From positions 64,857 to 128,856 of the forward strand of contig JACPAY010000001.1 of the NCBI GenBank assembly GCA_016180575.1: a stretch of 64,000 bases of DNA, in the 5' to 3' direction. The notes beneath the pieces are model-generated. The model did not search any database. It was given only the letters and a program-made list of their open reading frames with translations, and was not told where the DNA came from. The DNA is from Candidatus Omnitrophota bacterium (GTDB lineage Bacteria; Omnitrophota; Gorgyraeia; Aquiviventales; Aquiviventaceae). This document shows, piece after piece, positions 26,702 through 35,800 of this stretch; positions within the stretch are counted from its first letter, which is position 1; every line of letters starts with the position of its first letter. The translations under genes and the position numbers were made by a program.

Positions 26702-27691
26702 TCAAATTCGGGATGCCTGTCGTTCAATCGTTCCTATGATCCAGGCGGGCACGCCTGCCCGCTGCAAGAGGCGGATGAGCCGCGCCGCCTGAGGGGCGCG
26801 GCAGACCAGCGCCATCCCGATGCCCATGTTGAAGGTGCGCTCCATCTCCTCGTCGCTGATGCGGCCGGCGCGCTGGATCGTCCGGAAGATCTCCGGCACC
26901 GGCCAGCTGCCCGGTGTGACGCGCACCTGCAGCCCCGGACGCTGCGCCACCAGGCTCGGCAGCCGGCGCGCGAGCCCGCCGCCGGTCACGTGCGCGAGCG
27001 CAAGGAGCCGCACCGACCGCAGCGCCCCCAGCACGGGCCGGACGTAGATGCGCGTCGGCACAAGCAGCCGGCGCGCGAGCCGCCGCAGCTGGGCCGCCGT
27101 GAAGGCGCGGCGCACCAGCGAGAAGCCGTTCGCGTGCACCCCGGCGGAGGCCAGGCCCACCACCGAATCTCCGGCGCGGACGCTGCGTCCGTCGATGAGC
27201 CGCGCGCGCTCCACCACCCCGACGCAGAACCCGGCGACGTCGTAGTCGCCGCGGCGGTAGGCGCCGGGCATCTCGGCGGTCTCCCCGCCCAGCAGCGTGC
27301 AGCCGCTCTCGCGGCAGCCGCGCGCGATCCCGCGCAGCAGCTCGCTCATCAGCCGCGCCTGGAGCCGGCCCACCGCGAGGTAGTCGAGGAAGAAGAGGGG
27401 CTCCGCCCCGTAGACGAGGACGTCGTTCACGTTCATCGCCACGAGGTCCACCCCGATGCCCTCGTGGCGCCCGGCGAGCTGGGCGACCTTCAGCTTCGTG
27501 CCGACCCCGTCGGCCGAGGCCACGAGCACCGGATCGCGCAGCCCGCCCGGCAGCCGCATGAGGCCGGCGAACTGCCCGCGGTCCGCCAGCACCTCCGGGC
27601 GGCGCGTCGTCCGGATGAGCGGGCGCATGCGCGAGAGCCAGGCGTCCGCCCCCTCGACATCGACCCCGGATGCACGATAGGTGGTCGCCAC
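26702..27691 (-). CDS. purM: phosphoribosylformylglycinamidine cyclo-ligase
   Basis: Starts at GTG 27691, 1 nt after the purF stop: (M)ATTYRASGVDVEG... Also DGVGTKLK and GGETAEMPG. The track ORF is over-extended. Confidence 0.93.
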   Translation of the reverse strand: MATTYRASGVDVEGADAWLSRMRPLIRTTRRPEVLADRGQFAGLMRLPGGLRDPVLVASADGVGTKLKVAQLAGRHEGIGVDLVAMNVNDVLVYGAEPLFFLDYLAVGRLQARLMSELLRGIARGCRESGCTLLGGETAEMPGAYRRGDYDVAGFCVGVVERARLIDGRSVRAGDSVVGLASAGVHANGFSLVRRAFTAAQLRRLARRLLVPTRIYVRPVLGALRSVRLLALAHVTGGGLARRLPSLVAQRPGLQVRVTPGSWPVPEIFRTIQRAGRISDEEMERTFNMGIGMALVCRAPQAARLIRLLQRAGVPAWIIGTIERQASRI

Positions 27692-27692
27692 G

Positions 27693-29108
27693 TCAGCAGC
27701 GGCCCTGGCCCGCGTGCTTCTCCAGCGCGAACTTGTCGCCCTCCCCGCCGAAGGGGATCGGGTAGGTGCCGCTCCAGCAGGCGGTGCAGTAGTCGGCGGG
27801 CCGCCCGACCGCCTTGAGCATCCCGTCCAGCGAGAGGTAGCCGAGGCTCTCCACACCGATGAAGGTGCGGATCTCATCGAGCGAGAGCCGGTTGGCGATC
27901 AGCTCCCGCTTGCTCGGGAAGTCGATGCCATAGAAGCAGGCGTGCTTCGTCGGCGGACAGCTCACCCGCATGTGGATCGCCTTCGCGCCGGCCTCGCGCA
28001 GGCTCTTCACGCGGGCGCGGGTCGTGTTCCCGCGCACGATGGAGTCATCGACGATGACGAGCCGCTTGCCCTTGATGATCTCCCTGATCGGGTTGAACTT
28101 GACGCGGATCTTCAGGTCGCGGATCTCCTGCGCCGGCTGGATGAACGTCCGTCCGACGTAGTGGTTGCGGATCATCCCGAGCGCGAAGGGGATCTTCGAT
28201 TCCAGGCTGTAGCCGAGCGCCGCGAAGTTGCCCGAGTCCGGGATGGGCATGACGAGGTCCGCCTCCACCGGGTGCTCGCGGGCGAGCTGACGGCCCAGCT
28301 TGACCCGCACCGCCTGGACGCTCTCGCCGAAAATGTGCGAATCGGGCCGGGCGAAGTAGACGTGCTCGAAGAGGCAGTGGGAGCGGCCCGTCGGCTGGTC
28401 CTTGAAGGGGCGCAGCGAGCGCAGGCCCCCGGCGCCGATGCACACGGCCTCGCCGGGCTCCACCTCCCGCACGAACTTCGCGCCGATGATGTCGAGCGCG
28501 CACGTCTCCGAGGCCAGCACGTGCGTCTTGTTGAGCCGGCCGAGCACGAGCGGCCGAAACCCGTTCGGGTCCCGGACGCCGACGAGCTCGCGCTCCGTCA
28601 GGAAGAGGAGCGTGAAGGCCCCCTTCAGCAGCCGGAGGCACTCCACCAGGTCGTCCTGGAACTCCTTGTTCGTCGCGCGCGCCAGCAGGTGCAGGATGAT
28701 CTCGCTGTCCACCGTCGTCTGGAAGATGGAGCCGTTGGCCTCCAGCTGCTGCCGCAGCTCGTAGGCGTTGACGAGGTTGCCGTTGTGCGCCACGGCGATC
28801 GAGCCCTTCGCGTAGGTGACGACGAGCGGCTGCGAGTTCTTCAGGGTGCTGGAGCCGGTCGTGGAGTAGCGGGTATGCCCGATGGCCGTCCGGCCCGGGA
28901 GCCCGTGCAGCGTCTGCTCATGGAACACCTCGGAGACGAGGCCCATGCCCTTGTGGGTGTGCATCGCCTTCCCGTCATAGGTGACGATGCCGGCGGCCTC
29001 TTCGCCCCGGTGCTGGAGCGAGTAGAGCCCAAGGTACGTCAGGCGCGCCGCGTCCCGGTGGCCGTAGATCCCGAAGAGCCCGCAGGAGTGCTTGACCGCT
29101 TCGTCCAT
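27693..29108 (-). CDS. purF: amidophosphoribosyltransferase
   Basis: 471 aa from ATG 29108, with an ATGA overlap on the purL stop. Propeptide then CGLFGIYG, plus the PRTase loop VIVDDSIVRGNT. Confidence 0.95.
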   Translation of the reverse strand: MDEAVKHSCGLFGIYGHRDAARLTYLGLYSLQHRGEEAAGIVTYDGKAMHTHKGMGLVSEVFHEQTLHGLPGRTAIGHTRYSTTGSSTLKNSQPLVVTYAKGSIAVAHNGNLVNAYELRQQLEANGSIFQTTVDSEIILHLLARATNKEFQDDLVECLRLLKGAFTLLFLTERELVGVRDPNGFRPLVLGRLNKTHVLASETCALDIIGAKFVREVEPGEAVCIGAGGLRSLRPFKDQPTGRSHCLFEHVYFARPDSHIFGESVQAVRVKLGRQLAREHPVEADLVMPIPDSGNFAALGYSLESKIPFALGMIRNHYVGRTFIQPAQEIRDLKIRVKFNPIREIIKGKRLVIVDDSIVRGNTTRARVKSLREAGAKAIHMRVSCPPTKHACFYGIDFPSKRELIANRLSLDEIRTFIGVESLGYLSLDGMLKAVGRPADYCTACWSGTYPIPFGGEGDKFALEKHAGQGRC

Positions 29109-31429
29109 CAGCGCCGCAGCCCCCACGCGCGCGGAAGCCCGGTCCGCCAGGCCTCGCTCAGCTCGTCGACCGGCACATCGATCCATGAGTCGAGGCGCAG
29201 ATGCGCGCCGCCCACCCGGCCCAGGACCGCCATCGGCACGTTGTGGCGCGCGGCCAGGTGCTCGACCCGCTCCACGTGGTACCGCGCGCAGCTGGCGACG
29301 ATGCGGCCCGCCGACTCGCCGAAGAGCAGCGCATCGGTCCGTATTCGCTGACGGCTGCCCGCCCCGGCCCTCGTGATGGGCGGGCCGGGGAAGGCTGACG
29401 GCTGAAGGCTGACCACGGCGCCGAGGAGCCGCGCGGGCTCCATGATGCAGCATTCGGCCAGCGCGACCGCCAGCCCCCCTTCGGAGCAGTCGTGCGCCGA
29501 CTTAAGCCACCCCTGGGAGGCCAGCGCCAGCATCAGCTGCTGCAGCGCCGACTCGCCCGCCAGGTCAACCCGCGGGGGTTTGCCCGCCTTGCGCTTGTGG
29601 ATCATGGCCAGGTACTCGCTGCCGCCCAACTCCTCCCGCGTCTCGCCGAGGAGGATGACGGCGTCGCCCTCATCCTTAAAGTTCGCCGTAATCGGTCCTG
29701 GGACAGGAGACGGGGGACGTGAGACATGTCTCCTGTCTCTTGTCTCCTGTCTCGGTTCAATCAGGCCGATCATGCCGATCACCGGCGTCGGATCGATCGC
29801 GCCCCGCGGCCCCTCGTTGTAGAAACTCACGTTGCCGCCGGTCACGGGCGTCTTGAACGCCCGGCAGGCGTCACTGATCCCGCGGACGCACGCCTTGAAC
29901 TGCCACATGACCGCCGGGTCCTGCGGGCTGCCGAAGTTGAGGCAGTCGGTGACGGCGAGCGGCCGCGCCCCGACGCAGACCAGGTTGCGCGCCGCCTCGG
30001 CCACCGCCGCCTTGCCGCCCTCGTAGGGGTCGAGGAAACAGAAGCGGCCGTTGCCGTCGGTGGTCGCCGCCAGCCACGTGCCGAGCGCCCTGAGCCGCAG
30101 GACGGCGGCATCCGCCCGTCCGGGGAGGACCGCGGTGTTCGTCTGGACCATGTGGTCGTACTGCTCGAAGACGGCGGATTTATCCGCGATCGTCGGCGAA
30201 CCCAGCAGCGTCAGGAGCACGGCGCCGTAATCCTTCGGCAGCGGCAGCCGAGCCAGCAGCAGCCGCTGCGCCCGGGCGAGCCCCGCCGGGCGCCGGACCG
30301 GCCGGCGGTACACCGGCGCCTCGTCGGTGAGCGCCGAGGCCGGGATCTCCGCCGCGACGGCAGAGCCGTCCCGCACCCGCATCAGGCCGTCGCGCGTCAC
30401 CCGCCCGATCTCCACCGCGTTGAGCCCCCATTTGGCGAAGAGCCGCTTGACCCGCTCCTCGCGGCCGCGCTTCGCGATGAGCAGCATGCGCTCCTGCGAC
30501 TCGGAGAGCATCACCTCATACGGGGTCATCCCCTCCGCGCGGCGCGGCACGCGCGCGACATCGATCTCGATCCCCACGCCCCCGCGCGCGGCGGTCTCTG
30601 AGGTCGAGCAGGTCAGGCCGGCCGCGCCCATGTCCTGGATGCCGACGACGTCGCCGGTCGCCAGCGCCTCGAGCGTCGCCTCGATCAGACATTTCTCGGT
30701 GAACGGGTCGCCGATCTGGACCGCCGGCCGGTCCGCATCGCCGTCGGCCAGCTCGCGCGAGGCGAACGAGGCGCCGCCCAGGCCGTCGCGGCCCGTCGAG
30801 GAGCCGACGTACAGGACCGGGTTGCCGACCCCGCCGGCCGCCGCGCGCGCGATCCGCCGCGCCGGCACCAGGCCGATGCACATCACGTTGACGAGCGGGT
30901 TGTCCCGGTAGGCCGGGTCGAAGGCGATCTCGCCGCCCACCGTCGGGACGCCAACCGCGTTCCCGTAGTCGCTGATCCCTTTCACCACGCCCTCCAGGAG
31001 AAACCGGCTGCGGGGCTCCTCCAGCGGACCGAAGCGCAGAGAGTCCAAGAGCGCGATGGGCCTGGCCCCCATGGTGAAGATGTCGCGGATGATGCCGCCC
31101 ACCCCGGTCGCGGCCCCCTGCACCGGCTCCACCGCGGAGGGGTGGTTGTGGCTCTCGCATTTGAACACGACCGCCCAGCCCCCGCCGATGTCCACCACGC
31201 CGGCGTTCTCCTTCCCGGCCGGCACGAGGATGCGCGGGCCCTTCGTCGGGAACGTCTTGAGGTACGGCCGGGAGCTGCCGTAGCTGCAATGCTCCGAATA
31301 CATGACGCCGAAGATCCCGACCTCCGTCAGCGTCGGCTGGCGGCCCAGCGTCTTGACGATGTGCCGGTACGTCTCGTCCGTGAGGTTGTGCGACTTCGCG
31401 ACCCGCTTCAGCAGCTGCGCGTCAGGCAT
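29108..31429 (-). CDS. purL: phosphoribosylformylglycinamidine synthase subunit PurL (FGAM synthase II)
   Basis: 773 aa with SEHCSY, GGIIRDI and the duplicated PurM-like domains. It contains an in-frame insertion encoded by repeat C3. Confidence 0.95.
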   Translation of the reverse strand: MPDAQLLKRVAKSHNLTDETYRHIVKTLGRQPTLTEVGIFGVMYSEHCSYGSSRPYLKTFPTKGPRILVPAGKENAGVVDIGGGWAVVFKCESHNHPSAVEPVQGAATGVGGIIRDIFTMGARPIALLDSLRFGPLEEPRSRFLLEGVVKGISDYGNAVGVPTVGGEIAFDPAYRDNPLVNVMCIGLVPARRIARAAAGGVGNPVLYVGSSTGRDGLGGASFASRELADGDADRPAVQIGDPFTEKCLIEATLEALATGDVVGIQDMGAAGLTCSTSETAARGGVGIEIDVARVPRRAEGMTPYEVMLSESQERMLLIAKRGREERVKRLFAKWGLNAVEIGRVTRDGLMRVRDGSAVAAEIPASALTDEAPVYRRPVRRPAGLARAQRLLLARLPLPKDYGAVLLTLLGSPTIADKSAVFEQYDHMVQTNTAVLPGRADAAVLRLRALGTWLAATTDGNGRFCFLDPYEGGKAAVAEAARNLVCVGARPLAVTDCLNFGSPQDPAVMWQFKACVRGISDACRAFKTPVTGGNVSFYNEGPRGAIDPTPVIGMIGLIEPRQETRDRRHVSRPPSPVPGPITANFKDEGDAVILLGETREELGGSEYLAMIHKRKAGKPPRVDLAGESALQQLMLALASQGWLKSAHDCSEGGLAVALAECCIMEPARLLGAVVSLQPSAFPGPPITRAGAGSRQRIRTDALLFGESAGRIVASCARYHVERVEHLAARHNVPMAVLGRVGGAHLRLDSWIDVPVDELSEAWRTGLPRAWGLRR
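29700..29755. repeat. Family C heptamer palindrome inserted in frame in purL
   Basis: GGGACAG GAGACGG GGGACGT GAGACAT | GTCTCCT GTCTCTT GTCTCCT GTCTCGG. It is translated as ..[20 protein letters not shown].. Confidence 0.9.
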
Positions 31430-32111
31430 GGGCGTAGGCCTCGAGCATCGACTCGAAGATGAGCCGCCCGTCGGAGGAGCCCAGGGCCGCCTCGGCGGCC
31501 CGCTCCGGGTGCGGCATCATCCCGAGCACGTTGCCCCGCTCGTTGGCGAGGCCCGCGATGGCGTCGACCGACCCGTTCGGGTTGGCCGCGTCGGCGACGC
31601 GGCCGTCCTCCTTGCAATAGCGGAAGACGACCTGGCCCTGGACCGCCTTGAGCGTCTTCGTGTCGGCCGCATAGCGGCCCTCGTTGTGGGCGATGGGCAG
31701 GCGGATGGTCTGGCCGGCCTCAAACCGGTTCGTGAACGGGGTGTCGGTCCGCTCCACCCGCAGCGTCACGAACCGGCAGATGAACCGCAGGCCCGTGTTG
31801 CGCAGCATCGCGCCCGGGAGCAGGCCCGCCTCGAGCAGGATCTGAAAGCCGTTGCAGATGCCGAGGACGAGGCCGCCCTCCCTCGCGAAGCGGGCCACCG
31901 ACCGCATGATGGGCGAGAAGCGGGCGATCGCCCCGGTCCGGAGGTAGTCGCCGTAGCTGAACCCGCCGGGCAGGACGACCGCGTCGGCGCCCTTCAGCGA
32001 CGTCTCCTGGTGCCAAAGCGGCACCGCGCGCTGCCCGATGACATCGTTGAGGACGTCGAGGCAGTCCTGGTCGCAGTTGGACCCCGGGAAGACGACCACG
32101 CCGAACTTCAT
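31422..32111 (-). CDS. purQ: phosphoribosylformylglycinamidine synthase, glutaminase subunit PurQ
   Basis: 229 aa from ATG 32111: [21 protein letters not shown] and HPER. Confidence 0.93.
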   Translation of the reverse strand: MKFGVVVFPGSNCDQDCLDVLNDVIGQRAVPLWHQETSLKGADAVVLPGGFSYGDYLRTGAIARFSPIMRSVARFAREGGLVLGICNGFQILLEAGLLPGAMLRNTGLRFICRFVTLRVERTDTPFTNRFEAGQTIRLPIAHNEGRYAADTKTLKAVQGQVVFRYCKEDGRVADAANPNGSVDAIAGLANERGNVLGMMPHPERAAEAALGSSDGRLIFESMLEAYAHA

Positions 32112-32350
32112 GAGCCGAGCTCGATGCGGTAGGTCTCGACGACCGGATTGGCGAGCAGTGTCTTGCACATCCGCTCCACATCCTTCCGGGTCGCGCCGGC
32201 GGAGCCGTGGTTGAGCTCAAGCTCCAGGTACTTGCCGACGCGCACGTCGTGGACTCCCTTGAATCCCAGCGACTCCAGCGCCTGCTTGATCGTCTTCCCC
32301 TGGGCGTCGAGCAGGCCCGGTTTGAGCGTAATCGTCACACGAACTTTCAT
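32108..32350 (-). CDS. purS: phosphoribosylformylglycinamidine synthase subunit PurS
   Basis: 80 aa from ATG 32350: [26 protein letters not shown]. Confidence 0.9.
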   Translation of the reverse strand: MKVRVTITLKPGLLDAQGKTIKQALESLGFKGVHDVRVGKYLELELNHGSAGATRKDVERMCKTLLANPVVETYRIELGS

Positions 32351-32465
32351 GAGAGCTCTTGGCAGCGGGTCCTGCCGCGCCGCCACCCCACCGGCTGTCC
32401 TCGGCCTCCTGGCCTGCGGGCAGGCGGCGGGGGCCCCGGCTCCGCGTCACCCGCTGCCCAGCGCG

Positions 32466-33197
32466 TCATGTGTTACCCAGCACGCGGCGCAGCACTTCTT
32501 GATAGGCCTCCTCGACGCTGCCCAGGTCCCGGCGGAAGCGGTCCTTGTCCAGCTTCCGGCGGGTGCCCTGCTCCCACAGCCGCATCGTGTCCGGCGAGAT
32601 CTCATCGCCGAGCACGAGGTGCGTCGTCGGCTTCCCGTCCGGACCGATGACGCGCCCGAACTCCAGCTTGAAGTCCACCAGGTCGATCTGCCGCTCCCGG
32701 AAAAATGCTTTGAGCGCGTCGTTGATCTTGAACGACTCCGCGCGGATGTGCGCGAGCTCCTCCGCCGTCGCCCAGCCCATCGCCAGGATGTGGTCGTCGT
32801 TGATGAGCGGATCGCCCAGCGCGTCGCTCTTGTAGTGCCACTCGAACACCGGGCTCTTGAGCGCGACCCCCTCCTCGATGCCGAGGAGCTTGGCCATGCC
32901 GCCGGCGGTGATGTTGCGGATCGTCACCTCAAGCGGAACGATCTCGAGCCGCTTGACGAGCATCGAGCGCTCGTCGAGCTGCTTGACGAAATGGGTCGGC
33001 ACGCCCTGGCGCTCGAGGTACGCGAAGAGGGCGCTGGAGACGCGGTTGTTCACGATCCCCTTGTCGACGATGGTGCCGCGCTTCTGGGCGTTGAACGCGG
33101 TCGCGTCGTCCTTGAAGTACTGGGTCACGAGCGCCGGGTCGTCCGTCGCGTAGAGGATCTTGGCCTTCCCCTCATAGAGCTTGTCACCGCGGCTCAT
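32466..33197 (-). CDS. purC: phosphoribosylaminoimidazole-succinocarboxamide synthase
   Basis: 243 aa with LYEGKAK.LY and ...DKDRFRRDLG. Confidence 0.95.
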   Translation of the reverse strand: MSRGDKLYEGKAKILYATDDPALVTQYFKDDATAFNAQKRGTIVDKGIVNNRVSSALFAYLERQGVPTHFVKQLDERSMLVKRLEIVPLEVTIRNITAGGMAKLLGIEEGVALKSPVFEWHYKSDALGDPLINDDHILAMGWATAEELAHIRAESFKINDALKAFFRERQIDLVDFKLEFGRVIGPDGKPTTHLVLGDEISPDTMRLWEQGTRRKLDKDRFRRDLGSVEEAYQEVLRRVLGNT

Positions 33198-33618
33198 TGC
33201 TCGGCTCCTGTGGCGGCGTCGGTGCCTGGGGGACGGTGGCCGGCTTCAAGGTGTAGGCCCACGTCCGCTCATCGCGGATGGGAAACGGCAGCAGCTCCAT
33301 CGCCAGATCGAGCGGGATCCAGAAATAGACCGGGGCGCGCAGCTCCTTGCGGTCGTCCAGCCGCTCGTAGCCGTCCTTCCGCAGCAGCACCCGGTGCCAG
33401 CCGTACCACGTGAAGTCGTACGTGACCGGGCTCTCCCCCTTGAACTGGTCGTTGACGTACACGAGCGCCCCGGGCGGCTCGGTCCGAATGGTGAGCGAGC
33501 GCCGGATGCAGCCGGTCAGCGCAAGGCAGAGCGCGAGCAGTGTGGCCGCGATAGTCCCGGGTCCGGTTCCCTGTTTCCTAGAGTTGTCCGATGGGAAAGA
33601 GGGAACCGGACTCCTCAT
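33184..33618 (-). CDS. PEGA-domain lipoprotein
   Basis: 144 aa from ATG 33618, with an ATGA overlap on the purB stop. Lipobox LALTGC followed by a PEGA-like IRTEPPGALVYVNDQFKGESP. Confidence 0.65.
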   Translation of the reverse strand: MRSPVPSFPSDNSRKQGTGPGTIAATLLALCLALTGCIRRSLTIRTEPPGALVYVNDQFKGESPVTYDFTWYGWHRVLLRKDGYERLDDRKELRAPVYFWIPLDLAMELLPFPIRDERTWAYTLKPATVPQAPTPPQEPSNEPR

Positions 33619-34910
33619 TTGAGGCCCACCCGCTTGAAAATCCGGTCCACATGCTTCAGGTGCGGCGCGGGGCTGAGGCAGCGCCGCACCGCCGCCGGCG
33701 TGAGGCGGGCGCGGACGGCCGGATCGCGCAGCAGGACGTCCCCGAACTCCCCGCCGTTGCGCCACGCCGACAGCGCGGCGCGCTGCACGAGCGTGTAGGC
33801 CCGGGTGCGGGTCAGGCCCCGCCGCATCAGCGCCAGCAGCACCTGGCCGGAGTAGGTCACCCCGCGCGTGCTCTCCAGGTTGGCGCGCATCCGGTCCGGA
33901 TGGACGATGAGCCCGCGCACCACCTCCGTCATCGTCCGCAGCATGTAGTCCAGGGTGATGGCCGCGTCGGGCAGGATGACGCGCTCGACCGAGGAGTGGC
34001 TGATGTCCCGCTCATGCCAGAGCGCGATGTTCTCCATGGCGGCCACGGCGTAGCCGCGCAGGAGCCGGCTCAGGCCGGCGACCCGCTCGCAGACGACGGG
34101 GTTCCTCTTGTGCGGCATCGCGGAGGAGCCCTTCTGGCCCCGCCCGAACGGCTCCTCGACCTCGCGCACCTCGGTGCGCGCCAGGTGCCGCAGCTCCGTC
34201 GCCAGCTGCTCCAGGCTGCCGCCGATGAGCGCCAGCGTCGAAACGTAGGCGGCGTGCAGGTCGCGCTGGAGGATCTGCGTCGAGATCGGCGCCGGGGCGA
34301 GGCCGAGCCGGCGGCACACCTGGCGCTCCACGGCCGGGTCCACGTTGGCGAACGTCCCGACGGCGCCCGACACCTTCCCGACGCTCACGGCGCGGCGCTC
34401 GCGCGAGAGGCGCTCGAGGTGCCGGGCGAACTGGTCGTAGAACATCGCGAGCTTCAGGCCGAAGGTGGTCGGCTCGGCGTGCACGCCGTGGGTGCGGCCG
34501 ATCATGAGCGTACGCTTGTGCCGGCGGGCCTTGGCCGCGAGCGCCCGGAGCAGCCCGCGGAGGTCCTGCAGGAGCAGGTCCGTCGCCTCGCGCAGCAGGA
34601 CGGCGAGCGAGGTATCGAGGATATCGCTTGAGGTGAGGCCGAAGTGGAGATAGCGGCCGTCAGGGCCGACGCGCGATTCGAGCGTCTCGATGAACGCGAT
34701 GACGTCGTGGCGCGTGCGGGCTTCCCGCTGCTGGATGGCGGCGGCGTCGACGCGGGCCTTGCGGCGGATCGCCTGGACCGCCCGCCGGGGCACAAGGCCC
34801 GCTGCGGCCTGCGCCTCCAGCACCTGCAACTCCACCTCCAGCATGACCTGGAGCCGGTGTGTTTCGCTCCAGACAGCGCCCATCGCCGGAAGGGTGTAGC
34901 GGGGGATCAT
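33615..34910 (-). CDS. purB: adenylosuccinate lyase
   Basis: 431 aa from ATG 34910: [16 protein letters not shown], plus the [10 protein letters not shown] signature. The upstream part of the track ORF is repeat A4 read-through. Confidence 0.95.
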   Translation of the reverse strand: MIPRYTLPAMGAVWSETHRLQVMLEVELQVLEAQAAAGLVPRRAVQAIRRKARVDAAAIQQREARTRHDVIAFIETLESRVGPDGRYLHFGLTSSDILDTSLAVLLREATDLLLQDLRGLLRALAAKARRHKRTLMIGRTHGVHAEPTTFGLKLAMFYDQFARHLERLSRERRAVSVGKVSGAVGTFANVDPAVERQVCRRLGLAPAPISTQILQRDLHAAYVSTLALIGGSLEQLATELRHLARTEVREVEEPFGRGQKGSSAMPHKRNPVVCERVAGLSRLLRGYAVAAMENIALWHERDISHSSVERVILPDAAITLDYMLRTMTEVVRGLIVHPDRMRANLESTRGVTYSGQVLLALMRRGLTRTRAYTLVQRAALSAWRNGGEFGDVLLRDPAVRARLTPAAVRRCLSPAPHLKHVDRIFKRVGLK

Positions 34911-34920
34911 CGCCAGCCTC

Positions 34921-34961
34921 CCGGTATCAGATACCAATCGGAAAATGGTATCTGATACCGG
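34921..34961. repeat. Family A palindromic pair, copy A4
   Basis: CCGGTATCAGATACC-aatcggaaaat-GGTATCTGATACCGG in the purB 5' leader, abutting the SD GGGAGG. Confidence 0.9.
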
Positions 34962-35081
34962 AACTTCAGGTTGCGACAAGGCATCCCACCCCTCTGGCGG
35001 GGCAGGCGGTTGGCGAACGTGCTCTTGAAGGATGGCTGGTCAAGCGCGTGGCGCACGGGCGTGCCTTCCGTAGCGGTGTTC

Positions 35082-35110
35082 ATTGTAACACAGGGGGGAA
35101 CGCTCCGCAA
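35082..35110 (-). promoter_or_regulatory. sigma70-type promoter of the pur operon (extended -10)
   Basis: Minus-strand TTGCGG-N17-TACAAT, preceded by TGT (TGn extended -10). It lies about 170 nt upstream of the purB ATG. Confidence 0.55.
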
Positions 35111-35132
35111 GCATCCGGCCAGTTCGTGCGCG

Positions 35133-35750
35133 CTAGCGGGCCGCCCGCTTGATCAGGTAGCCGGAGGGGGTGACGTACACTTCCTGCACGACGCCGGGCT
35201 CGACATAGGCGTAGGCGGAGGAGCCGTAGACCGCCTCGACGAACGGCAGATGCGGATCCGCCCAGTAGAGCGCTTCCCAGAACCGATCTGCTTCCGGCTC
35301 AATCGGATACACGGTTGGGGGGCGGGCGCGCTGCTTGGCAATCTGCGAAAACTGCCCCCCGATCCGCATCGGCTTGTGATAGCTCTTCACGCCCAGCGCG
35401 GCGAGCCAGGGATGCCACTTCACGATGCCGCCGCTGACGGCCCACTGGTCCCCCTCCAGCTGGACCGTCCGGGCGAGCGCCTCCCCGGAAGCGGGGGCGT
35501 AGCGCAGCTCGAACGCCGCCGGCGAACGCCGGACCGTGGTCACCCGCGCGATGAGCGTTTCGCCGGCGAAGGCATGGAAGAGTTGCAGGAGGATCAGGAG
35601 GCTGCCGAGGAGCGTCCCGAGGGCGGCGAACACCGCCGCGGCCAGGAGGCGCTTGAGGGTGCGCACCGGCCCGGGGCGCCGGATCGCGCTCACCACCTCG
35701 AGCAGGACCAGGACCCAGACGACCGCCGTGGCGACGGCGAGCAGCGTCAT
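35133..35750 (-). CDS. hypothetical membrane-anchored protein (2 N-terminal TM + soluble domain)
   Basis: 205-aa ORF with two hydrophobic helices followed by a Trp/Tyr-rich domain. No family recognised. Confidence 0.5.
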   Translation of the reverse strand: MTLLAVATAVVWVLVLLEVVSAIRRPGPVRTLKRLLAAAVFAALGTLLGSLLILLQLFHAFAGETLIARVTTVRRSPAAFELRYAPASGEALARTVQLEGDQWAVSGGIVKWHPWLAALGVKSYHKPMRIGGQFSQIAKQRARPPTVYPIEPEADRFWEALYWADPHLPFVEAVYGSSAYAYVEPGVVQEVYVTPSGYLIKRAAR

Positions 35751-35762
35751 GCGGAGTGGCTC

Positions 35763-35795
35763 TTGTCGGTGTCGCGGGGGTGTGCTAGACTAGCC
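35763..35795 (+). promoter_or_regulatory. leaderless-type promoter cassette P2 (sigma-r4-like gene)
   Basis: TTGTCG-N17-TAGACT with ATG 9 nt after the -10 and no SD. It carries the same conserved blocks as P1. Confidence 0.55.
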
Positions 35796-35800
35796 CCGCC

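Noticed and set aside
34962-35081. Searched the roughly 170-nt pur operon leader for a purine or ZTP (pfl) riboswitch.
   Set aside because: I could not find the conserved purine-riboswitch junction or the ZTP pseudoknot motifs by eye. Only repeat A4 and generic G+C-rich hairpins are present. An Infernal/Rfam scan would be needed to exclude one.
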